This document shows positions 18,926-29,096 of a stretch of DNA of 64,000 nt, piece by piece. Both the position numbers and the translations under genes were made by a program. The first letter of the stretch is position 1. Every line of letters starts with the position of its first letter. The notes below the pieces were generated by a model. The model did not search any database, was not told the DNA's origin, and worked only from the letters and a program-made list of their open reading frames with translations. Origin of the DNA: Rickettsia sp. (lineage in GTDB: Bacteria > Pseudomonadota > Alphaproteobacteria > Rickettsiales > UBA1997); the NCBI GenBank assembly GCA_038131245.1, contig JAYPPA010000010.1:983-64982 (forward strand), read 5' to 3'.

Positions 18926-18955
18926 AATTAAAGCCAAAAAATCATTTCCAATTAA

Positions 18956-19918
18956 TTACTCAACTCCTAAAACCTTAAAGATACCCTCTTTGTTGATTTT
19001 CTCATCTAAAGACGCAATCGCAGCTTGATAAGCTTCATTTCTTGAAATTGTGGAACTTCCCGAAGTTTCAACATCATTACTTGCCACAACTTTATTTTTA
19101 GAGTAATTCTTAAAATTAATTTTCAACTTCGTAACATAAGAACCATAAACCTCTCCAGTAGTTGATGAAGACGCAATATCCATAACTATTTGATTATCAA
19201 GATTGCTTTTAACCGAAGCAGTCACAACCCCAGATTTATTCAAATGCTTTTGGATTATTCTATAAATATCCGAATTACCCTTTGACTTAAAGTAAAATTC
19301 AAATTGGCTATTTAATTTAGAAAGCTCATATTTAGCATCAGAGACAACTTTCAACTTTTTCTTCAGATCACCAGTCGAAGCCGGATAAACTATCCTAGTG
19401 AGAATCTCAGACTGTCCACCAAGGTTAATAATCTTATTATAAGAAGATCTTTTTTGAATTATATTTTGATTTGCGACTGATTTTTGGATGTTGCTAATCT
19501 GATTATCTAAAAACTCAATTTTCTCTTTTTGTAAATCAACAAATTGTTTGCGATCAATCATCACCTCAACATAAGTCGAGCCATCCTTATTGGCCGATTT
19601 TGTGACTTCAAAATTTGGAAATTCAATCTTTTCAATATTTTGATTGATTTGCTGCCTAAATTCCTCATTCACATCATATTTATTTTCTTCTAATAATGAT
19701 GTTGAAGTAGAAGAAATAGTGGTTGATAACCGCGCAGAAGCATCCGACAAAGCAGATTTAGTGGCCTCCTCCAGACTTCGCCCTTGCCCTACCCCATATA
19801 TCGACTCTGCATTATTTTGAGTTGGTGATAAATACCAGGAAATATCACTTGAGGATTCTTTCGAACTTGAGCAAGAAAATACAAAGGTTAGAAAAATTAC
19901 TGAGAATAGCTTTTTCAT
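18956..19918 (-). CDS. lipoprotein with LPP20-like N-terminal domain
   Basis: 320 aa, lipobox FVFSC. The block YGVGQGRSLEEATKSALSDASARLS is typical of the LPP20 family. Confidence 0.65.
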   Translation of the reverse strand: MKKLFSVIFLTFVFSCSSSKESSSDISWYLSPTQNNAESIYGVGQGRSLEEATKSALSDASARLSTTISSTSTSLLEENKYDVNEEFRQQINQNIEKIEFPNFEVTKSANKDGSTYVEVMIDRKQFVDLQKEKIEFLDNQISNIQKSVANQNIIQKRSSYNKIINLGGQSEILTRIVYPASTGDLKKKLKVVSDAKYELSKLNSQFEFYFKSKGNSDIYRIIQKHLNKSGVVTASVKSNLDNQIVMDIASSSTTGEVYGSYVTKLKINFKNYSKNKVVASNDVETSGSSTISRNEAYQAAIASLDEKINKEGIFKVLGVE

Positions 19919-19976
19919 TAAATTTTACAAATTAAGTTCCTGATGCCACCTAAAACAAAGCAAAAACAAACACTTG

Positions 19977-20132
19977 TTAATCTATATCTCCAAACACAGA
20001 AGTCGCCCCAGACTGACTTGCGTTAATCCTATCTTGAGCAGCCCTTGATTTTTCAGTATTTGAAAGCTGTTTAGATCCAGAGCAAGCACTAAGTAAGGCT
20101 AGCCCAGCAAATAATATGATTAATTTTTTCAT
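19977..20132 (-). CDS. small lipoprotein, 51 aa (below ORF-track cutoff)
   Basis: Own translation: MKKLIILFAGLALLSACSGSKQLSNTEKSRAAQDRINASQSGATSVFGDIDstop. Lipobox L-S-A-C. Its ATG is 3 nt after the stop of the upstream lipoprotein gene. Confidence 0.6.
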   Translation of the reverse strand: MKKLIILFAGLALLSACSGSKQLSNTEKSRAAQDRINASQSGATSVFGDID

Positions 20133-20134
20133 AA

Positions 20135-20719
20135 TTAATTCCTTTCTTTTTCAAGTTCATCAAAAATCTTTTGTGAAGCTTTTTCAGAGTTATTGATATT
20201 TTCACGACCAATATTTGCCTCTTTCATGCTTTTTTCTAAAGTTTTTTGACTATTTTTCAAATATTTAGAGTAATCTTCATCGCGAAGTACCATGTGAACA
20301 TAAAGCGTTCCATCATCAGCCTGGAAAATGTTGATTCTCTTCACCCCAGATAAAGGTAAATTTTTAACAACTTCTTTGGTGGCCTGTGAGAAAAAATCCT
20401 CAACATCGTTAATGCCATTGACATTTGATTCACGAAGAGCCTCTTTGGTTACCCTATTGATTTCAGTTTGAATAGTTGCAGCAATATTTGCTTTAGCATC
20501 CATTTCGGCTTTTGGAATTTGGAATTTGATTCCGCCCCTAGAAGGAGGAGCAATACCAACGCCGCCAACACCATCTTCAACTACCGGGTCAAGTACCCAA
20601 GATGGAAGATCTGACAATTTTCCAGCATCTTTTTTATCGTCTTTGGTTCCTGAACATGAACTTAAACAAAGTGCGAAAATTGATAATATAGCTGTAACTT
20701 TCAAAAAAGAAGCTTTCAT
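20135..20719 (-). CDS. LPP20-family lipoprotein
   Basis: 194 aa, lipobox LSSC, followed by a GVGIAPPS..AKANIAATIQTEI block. Confidence 0.65.
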   Translation of the reverse strand: MKASFLKVTAILSIFALCLSSCSGTKDDKKDAGKLSDLPSWVLDPVVEDGVGGVGIAPPSRGGIKFQIPKAEMDAKANIAATIQTEINRVTKEALRESNVNGINDVEDFFSQATKEVVKNLPLSGVKRINIFQADDGTLYVHMVLRDEDYSKYLKNSQKTLEKSMKEANIGRENINNSEKASQKIFDELEKERN

Positions 20720-20750
20720 AAAATAAAAATTTATTAATAATCTATCTCTT

Positions 20751-20779
20751 ATTATAACATGCTAGCAAATCCTTGTCAA
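20751..20779 (-). promoter_or_regulatory. consensus sigma70 promoter for the lipoprotein operon
   Basis: Minus strand TTGACA, spacer aggatttgctagcatgt (17 nt), TATAAT. It lies 32 nt upstream of the ATG at 20719. Confidence 0.65.
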
Positions 20780-20824
20780 GAATATTCGTAAAAATCTCAA
20801 ATAATTGTTGCAAAAAGCACCATT

Positions 20825-22081
20825 TTAAGAAAAACTTAGTATTTTTTCATCCAGATTTTTAACTTTTCCAATAGCGGCAAAACTCGCCTGATTTTTTGAC
20901 TTAAATAATGAAGTCGCCATATTAATTACATCTTTTTTAGTTACTACAGAAACTTTGTCGAGCTTTTCTTTTTCAGAAATGATTTTATTGCGCGATAAAA
21001 TATCAAAACCAAGCTTTTGCATTCTAGAGCTGGTGCTTTCTTTGGCCATAAGAATTCCGGACTCGAACTGGGTTTTGGCGCGCTGTAATTCTTCGTCAGT
21101 GATTTTGCTGCAGACTTTATCGATCTCTTTTTTAGTGGCATCAATGAATTTCTCGACCTTATCTGGAGAGCATCCACCGTAAATTCCAAAAATCCCGCAA
21201 TCAATGTGGTTGAAGTTAAACGCATAGACGCTGTAGGCTAGACCTAGATTTTCACGCACTTCTTGGAAAAGGCGCGAAGACATTCCGCCACCTAAAATAT
21301 TTGCTAAAAGCCAAACTTTGTAATAATCTGGATCGTTATACGACAAAGATTTAAAGCCCATAACAAGATTTACTTGCTCTAAAGATTTATTTTTTAGGTA
21401 AATTCCGCCGCCATAATTGGCTTTTTCTGGATTTTTGATGGATTTTTCTCCTAAATTATTAAAATATTTCTCAGTATATTTTACCAAATCTTTTTGAGAA
21501 ATATTGCCGGCCGCAACTACTGCTATATTCGAGTAATTATATTGCTTTGAAACATAGTCAACGAAGTCTTGGCGCGTAAATTTCTTGATATTTTTAGCTG
21601 GCCCTAAAATACAGCGCCCAAGGGCTTGATCTGGGTAGGCTTTTTCTTGGAAATAATCAAAGACAATATCATCTGGCGTGTCATTAGTCATGGCAATTTC
21701 TTGCAGGATGACTCCCCTCTCCTTTTCAAGCTCGGCCTCATCAAATGTTGAATTTTGTAAGATATCAGCTAAAAATTCTACAGCAAACTCGGCATGTTGC
21801 TTAAGCACCTTAACATAATAAACAGTGCGCTCTTTAGAGGTATAGGCATTGATTCGACCGCCAATATTTTCGAATTCTTCAGCAATTTGACGCGCATTTC
21901 GAGTTTTCGTGCCTTTAAAGGCCATGTGTTCAAGGAAATGTGAAATTCCGTTGATTTTAGGAATCTCGTTGCGGCTTCCCGTGCCAACAAATACGCCAAT
22001 TGAAACGGTTTCAACCTCCTTCATTTGGTCAGCAGCAACTCTTAAGCCATTTTTTAGCGTAACAATCTCTTGATTTGTCAT
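20825..22081 (-). CDS. M16 family zinc peptidase (pitrilysin / MPP-like)
   Basis: 418 aa with the inverted zinc motif HFLEHMAFKGT. Confidence 0.85.
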   Translation of the reverse strand: MTNQEIVTLKNGLRVAADQMKEVETVSIGVFVGTGSRNEIPKINGISHFLEHMAFKGTKTRNARQIAEEFENIGGRINAYTSKERTVYYVKVLKQHAEFAVEFLADILQNSTFDEAELEKERGVILQEIAMTNDTPDDIVFDYFQEKAYPDQALGRCILGPAKNIKKFTRQDFVDYVSKQYNYSNIAVVAAGNISQKDLVKYTEKYFNNLGEKSIKNPEKANYGGGIYLKNKSLEQVNLVMGFKSLSYNDPDYYKVWLLANILGGGMSSRLFQEVRENLGLAYSVYAFNFNHIDCGIFGIYGGCSPDKVEKFIDATKKEIDKVCSKITDEELQRAKTQFESGILMAKESTSSRMQKLGFDILSRNKIISEKEKLDKVSVVTKKDVINMATSLFKSKNQASFAAIGKVKNLDEKILSFS

Positions 22082-22098
22082 AAAATATCTTCTATAAT
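22070..22098 (+). promoter_or_regulatory. sigma70-type promoter for the ABC-F gene (TTGATT-17-TATAAT)
   Basis: TTGATT at 22070-22075, 17-nt spacer, TATAAT at 22093-22098. It lies 31 nt upstream of the ATG. Confidence 0.5.
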
Positions 22099-22129
22099 TA
22101 AGTTTTTATTAATTTGTAGCTAATTATAC

Positions 22130-23956
22130 ATGGCCTCACCTTTATTGTCAATCAGAGAAGGATCGATTTCCTTTGCCAAAAAGATGATTTTCGAAGAACT
22201 GACCTTGCATTTATTCAGTGGCGACAAGATTTGTTTGATCGGCAAGAATGGCGCTGGGAAAACGACTTTGATGAATGCGATTTTTGGACGAATTGACCTT
22301 GATAGCGGCGTGCATTTTTTGGCTCCGAATAATACTATTGGCTATTTAGAGCAAGATGAGCGAATGACGCTGGATATTACTGTAAGTGAATATTTACGCG
22401 AAAATCTAGAAATTGATGATCACAAGGAATATTTGATCGATATAGTCTGTGAAAATCTGAAGATTGATAAAAATCAAACTACCAACAGCCTTTCTGGTGG
22501 GCAGAGACGCCGTGCGAATTTGGCTAAAGCATTAATTTTTGAGCCAGATATTTTGCTGCTGGATGAGCCGACGAATCACCTTGATCTTGAGATTATTCAG
22601 TGGCTTGAGGTTTACTTAAATTCCTATAAAGGCTGTCTTTTGATTATTAGCCATGATCGTGAATTTCTGAAAAAAGTTACGAATAAGATTTTTTGGCTTC
22701 GTGCAGGTAAAATTGTCGTAAATGACCAAGGTTACAAGAATTTTGAGCGCTGGTCGAGTGAAATTATCGAGTTCGAGACTAGGACGATGCAAAATCTAGA
22801 GAAAAAAGTCGAGCTTGAAAGTGGCTGGCTGCAAACTGGAGTTACTGCGAGGCGAAAAAGAAATATTGGTCGCCTACATCTTTTACAAGATTTACGTGGT
22901 CAATTGGCTGAGCAAAAACGCCTAGTTGCGGCGAATAAAAACCAAATGAAGATTAATGCTTTTGATAAATTTGATGGCGATGGACCGCAGGTGATTGCTT
23001 CGCTAAATAATGTGTCGAAAAGTTATGGCGAAAAAAATCTGATCGCAAATTTCGATCTAAAAATTTTACGCGGTGAAAAAATTGGCATAATTGGTAAAAA
23101 TGGCGCTGGTAAATCGACTTTCCTAAAAATGTTGGTTGGCCAAGTTGCACCCGATACTGGTAATGTAAAAATTGCGCGCGATCTGGAATTTTCTTATTTT
23201 GATCAAGATCGATCATCTTTAAGAAAAGGCGCAACGATTAAAGAATTTTTGTGCGAAAATGATGGCGACCAAGTAGTTTTAGCGGGCGGTAAAACTCGCC
23301 ATGTTTGCGGTTATTTACAGGATTTTCTGTTTGATCCAAGGGATATTGATACTTTAATTTCAACTTTATCGGGTGGTCAGCAAAATCGGCTATTTTTGGC
23401 AAAAACCTTGGCTAATCCGGGGAATTTTCTGATTTTGGACGAGCCGACAAATGATCTTGATATGGAAAGCCTAGATATTTTGGAGGATTATTTGTGCAAA
23501 TATAAGGGAACCCTAATTGTAGTGAGTCATGATCGTGATTTTTTAGATAATGTTGCGACTTCGATTTTGGCTTTTGAAGGCGAAGGTGTTATCTTTGCTA
23601 ATTTAGGTGGATATTCTGATTATTTAGAGTATAAAAATAATCTTAAGAAAAATAGCAAGCAAAATTCTACCACTTTTTCTAAAAACCATGAAAAAGAAAA
23701 TAGTAAAGATGATTATCTTAAGCAAAAACAGAATCAAAAGGAAATTAGGCTATTAAAAACCGAGCTAAATAAATTACCAGATAGAATAGAGCGACTTGAG
23801 GCCAAGATTAATGATCTTAGCGAAGAATTAAATGATCCGGAAAATCTAAATCCAACTGATATTGCGATTATTTCCAGTCAAATTGGTGAGCTGCAAGATA
23901 AAATTGAGCAATATGAGGCTAGATGGGTCGAGCTAGAAGAGATGCTTGGTAATTAA
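22130..23956 (+). CDS. uup: ABC-F family ATPase (Uup-like)
   Basis: 608 aa with two ABC cassettes (GKNGAGKTT and GKNGAGKST; LSGGQ twice), no TM domain and a C-terminal coiled coil. Confidence 0.85.
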   Translation: MASPLLSIREGSISFAKKMIFEELTLHLFSGDKICLIGKNGAGKTTLMNAIFGRIDLDSGVHFLAPNNTIGYLEQDERMTLDITVSEYLRENLEIDDHKEYLIDIVCENLKIDKNQTTNSLSGGQRRRANLAKALIFEPDILLLDEPTNHLDLEIIQWLEVYLNSYKGCLLIISHDREFLKKVTNKIFWLRAGKIVVNDQGYKNFERWSSEIIEFETRTMQNLEKKVELESGWLQTGVTARRKRNIGRLHLLQDLRGQLAEQKRLVAANKNQMKINAFDKFDGDGPQVIASLNNVSKSYGEKNLIANFDLKILRGEKIGIIGKNGAGKSTFLKMLVGQVAPDTGNVKIARDLEFSYFDQDRSSLRKGATIKEFLCENDGDQVVLAGGKTRHVCGYLQDFLFDPRDIDTLISTLSGGQQNRLFLAKTLANPGNFLILDEPTNDLDMESLDILEDYLCKYKGTLIVVSHDRDFLDNVATSILAFEGEGVIFANLGGYSDYLEYKNNLKKNSKQNSTTFSKNHEKENSKDDYLKQKQNQKEIRLLKTELNKLPDRIERLEAKINDLSEELNDPENLNPTDIAIISSQIGELQDKIEQYEARWVELEEMLGN

Positions 23957-24082
23957 CTTGATACAGCTGACTCGATTTTTCTACACAAATCCCTCACCTA
24001 CTGAATCATCCGCAACAAAAACCATCCCACCAGAATTATGGAGACCAAGATCCCAATCTATATAAGTTGGTACGAATGATAA

Positions 24083-24171
24083 TGGTGCGATCGAGAGGAC
24101 TTGAACCTCCACAGGGAGTTAACCCCATAACGACCTCAACGTTACGCGTCTACCAGTTCCGCCACGATCGC
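24083..24171 (-). tRNA. tRNA-Leu (anticodon GAG)
   Basis: Hand-folded. Acceptor GCGATCG/CGATCGC, D-arm GCG-GAACTGGTAGA-CGC, anticodon stem TAACG/CGTTA with loop TTGAGGT, long variable arm, T-arm GGAGG-TTCAAGT-CCTCT, encoded ACCA. Confidence 0.9.
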
Positions 24172-24200
24172 ACATAAAAATAAAATAAATTACTAGTTTT

Positions 24201-24264
24201 TGGTTCACAGCTTTGCCATGGAAAAAAACTCAAAAGCGTCTACCAACTTTCGCCACTACTGCAC
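24201..24264 (-). pseudogene. decayed partial copy of the tRNA-Leu 5' half
   Basis: Plus strand ctcaaaagcgtctaccaactttcgccactactgcac aligns with ctcaacgttacgcgtctaccagttccgccacgatcgcac of the intact gene. No T-arm is present. Confidence 0.45.
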
Positions 24265-24269
24265 AAAAC

Positions 24270-27200
24270 TCAAGTAGCTATTGGCTTTAACCTATTAAGT
24301 ACAATGATAAATATTGAAATATCTTGAATTGTATCAAGCTTAATTTCTTTAATAAAGTTATAGTATCTTTCAACTGAAAAGCCGTGAGACTCCGCCCAAG
24401 ACTCAACAGATTCGATACTGCAACCATCTTTTTTATTACATTTATCCCTAACAATATTTTGCGATATTTTCATTTGATAGGTATATAAATCTTCAGTAAT
24501 AGTTTTTTTAGATATCCTATCCCAGTGACTTTCAACCTCGATTCGTAAAAGCTGACCTCTTAGCCACTTTAATGAGAATTTCGTACCAACCTCAAAATAT
24601 ATAGTTGCAATAGTTTTTAAATCAAAAACAGAATTCGTAGCTATTTCTGAAATGTCGAATGCTGCTGCTAATGGATCTAGCGATGCTATTTTCTTAACAA
24701 AAGACTTGCTAGATACCGATTTAGACTCCAGATCTTTAATTTTCTCATCAAAAACAAATTTAGAATCTTGAGCCATAACCTCAGGAAGTATTGAGATCAA
24801 CTCCTCTGAAACTTTTTGATAGCGAGCAATGATACTGGTTAAATCTTCCTCCATTTCGTGCCTTAAAAGCCACAGTACAGCCCTTTCAAGTAACTTACTA
24901 ACACTATGGAACATTTCAGATTGCGTTTTATGATCCACTGGAGCTTCGATTTGACTTATGCGCTGCCAAATATCTTGCAACCCAAAAGAATCAACAGCAA
25001 TAATAATAGAGCGCACTACTTCAGAAATTTTGTAACCATTTTCTTGAGCAACTTGGCTTGCGAAATATATTCCAGTATAATTAACCACATAGTTAGTAAT
25101 TTGCGTGGCTATTATTTCTTTCTTCAAGCTATGACCAGTAATTTCATCTACGAAATCTTTTCTCATTTTTCTTGGAAAGTAAGAAATTAATTCTTTTTCC
25201 AAATATTTATCATTTAAAAGATCCGATTGAAGAAGCTCTTGATAGATCTCCATTTTTGCATATGAAAGCATCACGCAAAATTCAGGCCTAGTAAATCCAA
25301 TACCATCAGCTTTGCGCTTGTTAATTTCTTTAGTTGATGGCAGGAACTCAACCTCTCTATTTAAAAACCCATCATTTTCAAGTCTAGAAATGTAGTTCGC
25401 AAACACGGTGGAGCGCTCTGGTCCATGATTTACAGCATTTGATACTGCTTGTGATTGCAAGAAATTATCGCTAAGAACAAGATCCGCAACCTCATCTGTC
25501 ATTAACTCAAGAATTTTATTTCTTTTTTCAATGTCGATTTTTTTGTTTTGAATAGCAGCAGTTAAAGCAATTTTAATATTCACTTCATGGTCAGAGCAAT
25601 CAACCCCAGCTGAATTATCCATTGAATCAGTATTAATATGGCCGCCATTTAATGCAAATTCAATTCTTCCAAGTTGCGTAAATCCAAGGTTTCCACCCTC
25701 GCCGACTATTTTACAGCCAAGCTCTTCGCCATTTACTCTTAATGGATCATTGGTTCTATCACCAACATCAGCATGTCCTTCTGATGTAGATTTAACATAA
25801 GTTCCAATTCCACCATTCCAAAGTAGGTCAACTTTAGCCTTCAAGATAGCCTTGATAAGTTTATCTGGAGTAAGCTCATTATCTTCCACTCCTAGAAGCT
25901 CTTTAATTTGCTTGGTTAATTTGATCGACTTAGCAGATCTTTCAAATATGCCTCCACCTTTAGAAATTAGTGATTTATTGTAATCAAGCCAACTTGATCT
26001 TGGTAGATTAAATAATCTCTCTCTTTCTTTGTAAGATTTAGCAGCATTTGGCTCTGGGTCAATAAAAATATGCATATGGTTAAATGCAGCCACCAGCTTT
26101 GTTGCTTTTGAGCATAACATTCCATTACCAAAAACATCTCCGGCCATGTCGCCAATACCAACGCAGGTAAATTCTTCTTTTTGACAATCAATACCAATTT
26201 CCCTGAAGTGCCTAGTAACACAAACCCATGCACCTTTAGCAGTGATTCCCATTTTCTTATGATCATAACCAACAGATCCACCAGAAGCAAAAGCATCACC
26301 AAGCCAGAAATTATATTCAGCAGAAACAGAATTAGCAATATCAGAAAAAGTAGCCGTACCTTTATCCGCAGCCACCACAAGATATGGATCGGCCTCATCA
26401 TGGCATATTACACCTTTTGGATGGATTACTTTATTTGAAACAATATTATCGGTTACATCCAAAATTCCTCTCAAGAACTGCTTGTAACACTTAATACCCT
26501 GATTCATAAACTCTTCACGAGACAGATCCGATAGATCTTCCTTGATTACAAAACCACCTTTAGAACCAACAGGAACAATAACAGCATTTTTGGTCATTTG
26601 CGCCTTAACAAGACCAAGAACCTCAGTTCTAAAGTCAACTTGACGGTCTGACCATCTTAATCCCCCTCTGGCAACTTTACCACCTCTTAAGTGAACACCT
26701 TCCATTGAATTTGAATGAACAAATATCTCAGCATAAGGAACCGGTAAGGGCAAACCAGGAATTCTTTTGCAGTTAAATTTCAAAGAAATGTAATCTTTAA
26801 AATTACCATGAGCGTCTTTTTGATAAAAATTAGTTCTCAAAGTTGCATCCACTATGTGATAGAATCTTCTAATAACATCATCATGAGTAGCATTGCTAAT
26901 TTTATTTAATTTAGATCTAATAGATTTAATAAATACCTCAGCCTTTTCCTTTCTATTATTAAGTGAAAGTTCTAAAGATGGATCAAATTTAACTTTAAAT
27001 AATTCTATGATTTCCTTGGTTGCTTCGATGTTTTTAATCATTACTTCAGATATAAAATCCTGATCTGATCTAAGTCCAGTTTGAAATAAATACTTAACAT
27101 ATGACTTGATCAAAGAAATAGTTCTCCAATCAAGATTCGCAGCCAATAGTAGTTTATTCAAAGACCCCAAGCCCAAACTCTTATCCCACGCCTTATATAG

Positions 27201-29054
27201 AGCTTCTTGAAACTTTTCCTTGAGATCTTCATTGACAGAATCCGCTTTATCCAAAGAAATCCTAAAATAATTAACTCTTATCTCAGAAGAATCCTCAAGG
27301 GTAACCAGATAGGTATGTTCATGAATCACCTCAAGACCAAAACTTTCCAAAACTGGCATAGTATGCGAAAGATGTATCTCTTTTTTTGGATTAAATATTT
27401 TTAACTCACCTAATTTATCTTTTATACAAAAATCGAAAGTTACCTCTTGATCTTTTAAGCATTTTTCCATTAATTGTATATCATGAGCAGCCTGAGCGGG
27501 AGTAAACCTACTAACATAACTAACTCCAAAAGCATTACCGTAATTTTTATATTGATCACCACCAACTTTATTATTGGAAATTTTATAAATTTCTTCTTTC
27601 AATAAATAATTCCAAGGCTTAGATAATTCAACTATTTCTTGCTCTAAAATATCCTCTCTTAAATCATCAATTTGTTCATCAATTTTTATAATGACTTGAA
27701 ATCTAATAAGGCTAGATTCAGTAATCTCAATATATAAATCAGAAACTGAACCATTATAAAAAGCAGCCAAATGTTCTTTAATTTTACCTCTCAATATGGC
27801 GTTGCTTTGCTCTTTTGGCATAAATACCAAACAGTTAATAAATCTATTGAATTTATCTTTTCTAGCAAAAACCTTGATTTGATTTCTGCCACATATCATC
27901 ACTATCGCCGTAGAAATCCTGAGCAAATCCTCAACATCTATCTGAAACAATTCATCTCTAGGATAGTGTTTAAGAACTGATAATAAGTCTTTATAATTGT
28001 GACTTCTTTTTGAATAGCCTGATTTTTTTATAACCGTTTCAATTTTTCCTTTAATAAAAGGAATTGAAGTAGGACTTTGATAGTAAGCAGTAGAAGTAAA
28101 AAGACCAATTATTCGATATTCTCCAACAACCTCTCCTTTGCTTGAGAATTTTTGGATTCTGATTCTTTCTGAATTGACAAATCTATGTATTCTACTTTTG
28201 TAACTTGATTTAAGGATCTCTATGGTGTATGGATTTTTAATCGCATATGAGATCTCTTCATGATTTGAATTAGTAACAATGTTTGGTCTAAAGGCTTTAT
28301 GCTTAGATCTAAAAACACCAAGAGGTGGATTATTTTTATTTTCACAAACATAATATTTACCACTTTTATCTTTCTTATAATCAATTTCTATAAAACCCAA
28401 AAATATAAAACCTTTTTTTATAAGCCAATTTATGAAATCTCCAACCTCTTGAACATCCTTACTAGGCTCTTTTAAGCTGGTAAATTGCTCTTGACTTTTC
28501 TTCAGTTGATCAACAATTTTTTGCCAATCATCTACAACAATTGCAATATTAAGTAGAGTTTCTTCGATTTTTTTCTCAAGTAGCTTTGCTTCTTCATCAG
28601 TAATTAAATCTTTAAGATGAACTTGTATTACTGATTCAACACTCTCTTTAGGGTCTTCATCGCTATATGCTTTGAATTCACTAATTTTTCCACTTGCTGA
28701 CCTTTTGACATAAAAAATGGGATGCATTATATTTAATATATCAAAGCCCGATTCTTTAATTAAAGCAACAACCGAGTCCACTAAGAACGGGCTATCACTG
28801 GTCACAATGTCAATTATACTATGATTAGCAAAAGAACTTTCAATATTTGTGATTTGGATTTTATTTTCAGACTCACCTCTTTGCTGAAGGAAATCAAAGC
28901 TCTGCCTGGCGTATAGCGTCATCTCTGCCTCGTTATAATTCTGAAAATCTCGAGCATGATTTTGCGAATAAAACTCTTCTACGAATTGAGCAAGATCCTT
29001 TGGTTGCTTTTTTTCCGTCGCTAACTTTACTACTTTTTTTAAAAAACCTTTCAT
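24270..29054 (-). CDS. gdhB: large NAD-specific glutamate dehydrogenase (about 180 kDa class)
   Basis: 1594 aa. Size and central catalytic region (GGLRWSDR, VPVGSKGGF, AADKGTA, GDMAGDVFGNG) match the bacterial large NAD-GDH family. Confidence 0.85.
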   Translation of the reverse strand: MKGFLKKVVKLATEKKQPKDLAQFVEEFYSQNHARDFQNYNEAEMTLYARQSFDFLQQRGESENKIQITNIESSFANHSIIDIVTSDSPFLVDSVVALIKESGFDILNIMHPIFYVKRSASGKISEFKAYSDEDPKESVESVIQVHLKDLITDEEAKLLEKKIEETLLNIAIVVDDWQKIVDQLKKSQEQFTSLKEPSKDVQEVGDFINWLIKKGFIFLGFIEIDYKKDKSGKYYVCENKNNPPLGVFRSKHKAFRPNIVTNSNHEEISYAIKNPYTIEILKSSYKSRIHRFVNSERIRIQKFSSKGEVVGEYRIIGLFTSTAYYQSPTSIPFIKGKIETVIKKSGYSKRSHNYKDLLSVLKHYPRDELFQIDVEDLLRISTAIVMICGRNQIKVFARKDKFNRFINCLVFMPKEQSNAILRGKIKEHLAAFYNGSVSDLYIEITESSLIRFQVIIKIDEQIDDLREDILEQEIVELSKPWNYLLKEEIYKISNNKVGGDQYKNYGNAFGVSYVSRFTPAQAAHDIQLMEKCLKDQEVTFDFCIKDKLGELKIFNPKKEIHLSHTMPVLESFGLEVIHEHTYLVTLEDSSEIRVNYFRISLDKADSVNEDLKEKFQEALYKAWDKSLGLGSLNKLLLAANLDWRTISLIKSYVKYLFQTGLRSDQDFISEVMIKNIEATKEIIELFKVKFDPSLELSLNNRKEKAEVFIKSIRSKLNKISNATHDDVIRRFYHIVDATLRTNFYQKDAHGNFKDYISLKFNCKRIPGLPLPVPYAEIFVHSNSMEGVHLRGGKVARGGLRWSDRQVDFRTEVLGLVKAQMTKNAVIVPVGSKGGFVIKEDLSDLSREEFMNQGIKCYKQFLRGILDVTDNIVSNKVIHPKGVICHDEADPYLVVAADKGTATFSDIANSVSAEYNFWLGDAFASGGSVGYDHKKMGITAKGAWVCVTRHFREIGIDCQKEEFTCVGIGDMAGDVFGNGMLCSKATKLVAAFNHMHIFIDPEPNAAKSYKERERLFNLPRSSWLDYNKSLISKGGGIFERSAKSIKLTKQIKELLGVEDNELTPDKLIKAILKAKVDLLWNGGIGTYVKSTSEGHADVGDRTNDPLRVNGEELGCKIVGEGGNLGFTQLGRIEFALNGGHINTDSMDNSAGVDCSDHEVNIKIALTAAIQNKKIDIEKRNKILELMTDEVADLVLSDNFLQSQAVSNAVNHGPERSTVFANYISRLENDGFLNREVEFLPSTKEINKRKADGIGFTRPEFCVMLSYAKMEIYQELLQSDLLNDKYLEKELISYFPRKMRKDFVDEITGHSLKKEIIATQITNYVVNYTGIYFASQVAQENGYKISEVVRSIIIAVDSFGLQDIWQRISQIEAPVDHKTQSEMFHSVSKLLERAVLWLLRHEMEEDLTSIIARYQKVSEELISILPEVMAQDSKFVFDEKIKDLESKSVSSKSFVKKIASLDPLAAAFDISEIATNSVFDLKTIATIYFEVGTKFSLKWLRGQLLRIEVESHWDRISKKTITEDLYTYQMKISQNIVRDKCNKKDGCSIESVESWAESHGFSVERYYNFIKEIKLDTIQDISIFIIVLNRLKPIAT

Positions 29055-29096
29055 AATTTTAAATTGTAGTTTAATATTTCGATATTGTTTACAAGA

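Noticed and set aside
25967-26438. 144-aa minus-strand and 85-aa plus-strand ORFs, together with others at 24906, 27207 and 27771.
   Set aside because: They are nested in or antisense to the 1594-aa glutamate dehydrogenase gene.
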